64,000 nucleotides of DNA from Tubulanus polymorphus (taxonomy: Eukaryota > Animalia > Nemertea). The stretch covers positions 12,090,001-12,154,000 of the forward strand of contig NC_134025.1 in the NCBI RefSeq assembly GCF_964204645.1, given 5' to 3'. Under the pieces are notes generated by a model. The model was not told where the DNA came from and searched no databases. It saw only the letters and a program-made list of their open reading frames with translations. Made by a program: the position numbers and the translations under genes. Of the stretch, positions 58,501-64,000 are shown one piece after another. How positions within the stretch are numbered: position 1 is the stretch's first letter; each line of letters opens with the position of its first letter.

Positions 58501-61388
58501 TTCTATAGTTTTTATAGAACTTTGATTACCTTAGTAATAGTGATAGTAATTCTATAGCGCCCTTTTCACTGCGATACAATGTTCAACGGCGCTTTCCGTT
58601 AAATTTGTATTATTCATTAAGATGATTCGAAATCTATATTTGATCTTATTTATCTAAATTATCATGCTAACACTTTACTCACACTTTTAATATATGGAAT
58701 TATTAGAGTAATTGTATAAGTCTTGTTTCAGATCGAAGGTTGAAGTTGAGTGAGTAAAAAACAAAAAATAAATTCGAGCGTGCGAGAATTTATTTTTATT
58801 TCTTATGAGTCTTTCCCGGGGACACGACCTTACAAACGCATCAAGCATTTTTTATCTTATCATGTTTGCTGGTGATGCAAGGTCAGACACGCTTTCATTA
58901 AATTTGAAAAAGAATTCATTTTATGTTTTTCAGTCGTGCGTAACATAAGCATTCAATTTCTATTAAGATCAACAATATTATAGCACAAGTTTCGACAACA
59001 AAATTTTTAGGCGTTCAAGTTGACGACCAACTTACTTGGAAGTCACATGTTAACAACATCTGCACTATTAAACTATCACTGCTCATTGGCATAATGGTAG
59101 ACTTTATGGAATTTTGTCCAAAAAAATCTTTACTGCAGTTGTATTATTCGTTTATTTATTGTCATCTCGCCTATTGCAATATTGTATGGGGTAACACTTA
59201 TCCTTCTAACTTAAGAAAACTTAAGAGAACTCCTCCAAAAGAAAGCAGTCCGCATTATCTTTAAAATTTTAGAGCCCATACCTCACCACTATTTAAGACT
59301 GCAAAAATTTTCAAATTTGACAATGCATGTATCTATCTCTTTGTCAATAACCAGTTACCAGTCATCTTCAACAATTTCTTTATGCCAATTGACGTTCGAG
59401 TGAAATACTCCAAGATCGAAGTTTATATGATGCGTTAGTGTGTTTGCGTGCGTGCGCGTATGTGTTTGTTTTGTGTGCGTATTTCATTTCCTCTTGACTT
59501 CCTTTAGGGTGGCTGATATTACAAGCTCTGCGTTTCTATGTTTGCTCGCTGTTATTTTGCATCAGTTTATATATGTATGTGCAAAACATATCAATTATCT
59601 ATTGTCATTTTATAAATCTGGTATTGACGTAAATTATTGAAGAAATAAATAAATAAATAAACATCCGAGCAGCTACTAAGCGCTCAAGTGTCATCTATGT
59701 CAGCACGTAAGCATTGAGGATTGGCGTCTTTCCCGGGAACACCTATACGGTAATGTACGGGGTTCGAACCCACGACCTGGCTTCCCAGAGTCGAACGCCA
59801 TGAATGTCTTTGCCAAGGTCCACCGGTTTTGATTTTCTTGTATTACGTACATTGTTTTTTTTTACTTTTCAGGTTTGTTAACAGTTTAGTTTATTACGGA
59901 TTATCGATGCTTGGTTCACAACTTGCCGGCAATTTATACCTAAACACCTTTATATTTGGGGCAATTGAGATACCGGCATATCTGCTCATCATCTTAATCA
60001 TTAACAAAGTTGGGATGCGATGGCCGTTAGCCGGGTGTCTCATTCTAGGCGGTGTCGTCTGCTTAGCTGTAACTGCTCTTCCACACGGTAGGTGGTAAAA
60101 TGGTTTATTTGAAAAATCATTCCAGATTATGCGATTTTAATGTTACTTAGCCCTGGTAGTTCACATACCAAAATAAAAGTCGTGCCTTAATCTTCCGAAA
60201 TTGCTACAAATTGTCGAAATGGGAATGGTTTGCTGTAGAAATGTTCTGTAGAACGGACGCCGAGTTGCTTTTCCACTAGAAACCAATTGAAATGTTTCCA
60301 GTTATTCATTTTGTTATTTCTTTTAGATTATAAATCAGTAAAAACAGCACTGGCTATGATAGGAAAATTCGCAATTTCAGCTTCGTTCGGCATTATCTAC
60401 GTGTTCTCAGCCGAGCTGTTTCCGACGGTTGTCCGTAACGTAGGGGTCGGTTCCGGTTCCATGTGCGCACGTATCGGAGGCGTCGTCGCTCCATTCATTA
60501 CTGACTTGGTATGATTACGAGAATGCTCAAATATTAAAATGAATTATTCTACGCTTTTATTCTACTCTTTAATTATTAGTAACATTTAGTTCTATTGTTA
60601 ACAGAATAAGATATGGAGCCCACTGCCGTTTATAGTTTTTGGCGCCATGTCGTTAACAGCTGGGATTCTAACACTTCTGCTGCCTGAAACGCATCATCAT
60701 AGACTTCCTGAATCGATCGCAGATGGAGAAAACTTTGGTTAGTACTCCGACAAGGAGCAAGAGTAAGCAAGCATCTAATTCTCTCATTCACTGTAGGTCG
60801 TACCAATCTATGGGGTATCTAACCATTCGTTCTCTGACAATTTGTGCATGTTTTTAACAAAACCGTCGATATAAAAGTTCACGAGTAGTCTGTAGGGAAC
60901 GTTGAATTTTGATTTGAAGGGCCCCTCTATGTAACTCTGAAAATATTTACGTGGGAAGTCTTTAATTTTCATATCATTGTCATTGTCATTGTCACTGTCA
61001 TTGTCACTTTTTACTGTCACTGGCACTGGAACTGGCACTGGCACTGCCACTGCCACTGCCACTATCACTATCATTTTTATTATCATTAAATTTCCATACA
61101 TGTTTAGGCCTTCTGCTCCCCAAATACTGTCGTTTGATCAGTGGTACAGCGTTGTTCTTGGGGCACATCTATAGCCATAAATTCGGCCCAAACAGAATCA
61201 AGGTCAATCGTCTCCCCGTCGTCTCTAAACGCCCATTCCTTTTCCAATCCAAAATGGCGTACGCATTATTTCACAGTATTGATTTTCTTTCTTTTATAGG
61301 AAAAAAAACATCCACTGACAGCAACCAAAACGATCCTCAACAGAACGAATTCACTGACAGCAGGTGCAATTGGCCCCCAACAGCCTGA
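55590..61388 (+). CDS. SLC22 family organic cation/anion transporter (Orct-like), about 10 coding exons
   Basis: FDQIL..FGLYQ, extracellular Cys loop, [44 protein letters not shown]. Exons at ~55590-55988, 56105-56208, 56328-56482, 56627-56795, 56876-57059, 57343-57467, 59873-60087, 60327-60508, 60605-60737 and 61300-61388. Confidence 0.95.
58239..58445. repeat. Intronic MITE-like inverted repeat
   Basis: taaagaagtttccagtttctagg / cctagaaactggaaacttcttta. Confidence 0.75.
58940..59661 (+). mobile_element. L2/CR1-group LINE 3' fragment with (taaa)n tail in an SLC22 intron
   Basis: [62 protein letters not shown]; tail at 59643-59661. Confidence 0.85.
59662..59828 (-). mobile_element. tRNA-derived SINE head and body; probable matching tail at ~58530-58600
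   Basis: Minus strand carries ggtcgtgggttcgaacccc (B box); aaagcgcc.ttga..aaaagggcgctatag tail-like sequence lies downstream on the minus strand. Confidence 0.55.
60974..61088. repeat. Compound hexamer microsatellite (tcattg/tcactg/gcactg/ccactg)
   Basis: Visible directly in the sequence. Confidence 0.9.
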
Positions 61389-64000
61389 ACGGTGCTGACT
61401 GATAATCAAGCAGAATAAAGAAAGTTCATGATTACGTTTCTATTCACTGTATTTCATCAATCTAATCATAACAAGTTTTAAAATTTCTCGACAGGTTTGT
61501 TGAGTAAGTAAAACCGAAGAATTTCTTCTCGCAAATACATGGATAATTTCCGAACAGTAAGATAACAGTCATCCTATAAGCTATGCAACTTGCCGTGGTG
61601 CAGTGGGCTTTCTTTGCCCGGGTATAAATCAACCTTTCACATTCACAGTAATGTATTCTAGGGACACCGCTGAAATATGAAATCACACGACAATTTTTTC
61701 AAATCTTTAAGCAGTTATATTCTTTCATTTTTACGGTCCAAGCCTAGATATTCGATCTGAGTCCGGTGCGTGAACTCAGTGCTTTTGAAAAAAAACTGCA
61801 TAATGCTAAGTTCTTTTTTCCCCAGGCCCACAAACCTGATAAGGTATACTGTACTCGACAATTAAAAAATTGTGGATAATATGATATTCAAAATAAGAAT
61901 TGCGAAGCTAAAAATAATGTTTAATTGACTTACCATGTTTAATTGACTTACGTTTTTTTGCAATGAACACATTTATCGTGTTGAAGGCAGGCGTCATCTA
62001 AGTCGTCAGCAGGTTTTAAGCATTGCCTAACAATTTATGACAATACACTATGATCAACAATTTACCATCATAAAATCAATCGCGCACCAATTTTATATAT
62101 TCTTCCTAACTCCTGATTCGACCGACCATCGCAACTCTTTTTCCATTTTAAATAATCAAACCCGCTGATTTGTTCCTAGCAAGGGTGGTGGGTTTAAAGG
62201 GGCGCACAAAGATGAGCGTAATATCGATTCAAGTTCAAAAGGCATTCTCACCTACATTGCTGTTCCGAGTCAGAGCACTTACAGCAGCCTCCCGTCGGGT
62301 CTCTTTCTATCATACCGGTGTTGCTCACTCCACACCAGCTTTTATAGTTCGTTAAATCGGACAAACTCGGCAAACCATGAACATCTACATCAACACCCAA
62401 AATGCTAGATCAGCAATATCAATCAGTTTTCGTTTAGAACTATCATAAAAATGTTCTAACGAACTTTAAATGTGCCCAAATCGGTATGGTAAGTGCTGAT
62501 GAAATTTCACCGTATGGCGGTTAAACGAGCGGGACTGGTTGGTACCTTATAGAAGTTCTAGAATAAGTTGTTTAGAAGGCTTACCTAAGAAAACCACTGT
62601 CGTGGCTGCTAATATAAGCACCAAATAATTCATTGTTGCAAAATTCGCTGGACAGAACTGTCGACACGATGTTTCCTAATCGATGTTCGCCTCATCCAAC
62701 TAAATCATTTATTAGTAAATATATCTTATTGGTCACTGCTCATGCGGTCACAGAGGATTGGCGGTTGCTTTCAGCCATCGTGCGATCAACCGACCGAAAC
62801 GAAGTCCTACTGAGGGCGGTAACAGATGCTGTAGCGTGTCAATAATGATGCCATTGTTACTAACCGTTTCAGTGCTACAATGCGCAAACATTAACAGGTT
62901 CTGGGACACCATATGTCCACTTGGATCTGAAATGCTTTATCTGAAAATGATGGATCTGGACGATTTCAATATTCAACACACAATGGTGACCATGTAGAAG
63001 TCAATGACCATGAAACCGCTTTCATATAGAACTTGACATGTCATATTGATTGCGGTTACAAAAGGCGAGAACAATAAAATTACTGATCCTAATTCCATGC
63101 GAGAGATGATCATTCGTATGACAGTAATAACAAAATTCAAATATGGAGACTAAAAGATGTTGATATTTTCCTTAAAAAACCTTTTTCCACAGGACTGGTG
63201 AAGCTCAAATGTTCACAATTGCGTGGACTGGTAAAGAAAACCACCTGATACATTAAAGATTCATCCTCAAAGTAAACCATCATGAATTTCAATTAACCAT
63301 GGCAAACCAGGACGCTACCGGTATCAGAATTCAGGCCAAAAGACAGTGAGCTTTTTGGATGCAAAACGGTCACAGAACGGCTTTGTTGTGTCTGAGCATA
63401 GAAATAAATTGCAAGATATTAAAGTTTTATTTCAATGACATCATCAATTCAAGGAAGCTAGAGGTGAACTCCACTTTTGCCATTTTAGTTTAGGCTATTC
63501 TCAAAAATAAACTAGTCTTTCAAAAAATGCAATAATCCCGATGGCACATTCCACCAAGAACCACTAGTTATTATTGTAGTGATTCGGCCGCTACATAGGC
63601 CTACGTCTTCGTTCTTTCAATCATCCTGCACGAGAAAACAAGTTAGGCACTGCGACCGAGGTGTGGACGATTTGCGATTGAATACTTGAATAACGCTAAA
63701 CGACGCCGTGGTTGCGAGGATCTGGCTTTAGGAAAGCTGAAGAACATCTGGATATCACGGAGTAGCATACCACTCACTCCGTTTCACGCAATTTCACGAG
63801 GATTCTAAGTGCTTTAAGGCATCTTCGTTGTTGTTTTGTTTGCATAGTGCTACATCTTTTGAAGTTTCTAATTGATGGCAACCAAACGCGCTATTCGCCG
63901 CCCGGACCGTGGCGTTCAACCGGTCCAGCCAAATCAGATTTTCGGCCTGTGATGCAAGCGGTGTTCGTCACCTAGCCCGATCATAATTCGAATCGTGGCC

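Noticed and set aside
60808-61174. ORFs with VPVPVP / TGTGTG repeats
   Set aside because: Translation of an intronic hexamer microsatellite.
62000-64000. Possible exons at the window end
   Set aside because: I found no recognisable protein motif or consistent splice pattern.

Overview
Eukaryotic, intron-rich animal (probably marine invertebrate) genomic DNA. Host genes: a small secreted CCP/sushi-domain gene (minus, ~0.2-2.9 kb), a multi-exon WDR90 orthologue (minus, ~8.3-41 kb), a class A GPCR pseudogene fragment (~42.8-43.1 kb) and an SLC22 transporter (plus, 55.6-61.4 kb). A WDR90 intron holds a structurally complete 6.1 kb DIRS tyrosine-recombinase retrotransposon (ITRs, ICR, gag, RT/RNaseH, MT, YR). 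Two indels in pol create an apparent MT-YR fusion. Other mobile DNA includes two ~2 kb TIR elements inserted back-to-back with different 4-bp TSDs, a MITE carrying a tRNA-like Pol III unit, hAT-like elements with 6-bp TSDs, and Penelope, L2 and SINE remnants. The least explained region is an AT-rich, intronless multi-ORF island at 50.1-51.9 kb. It starts with a ~120-bp hairpin and looks like a decayed DNA-virus or Polinton-like insertion, with a second remnant at 58.6-58.8 kb. All calls were made by eye; exon coordinates are approximate to a few nt and no database searches were run.
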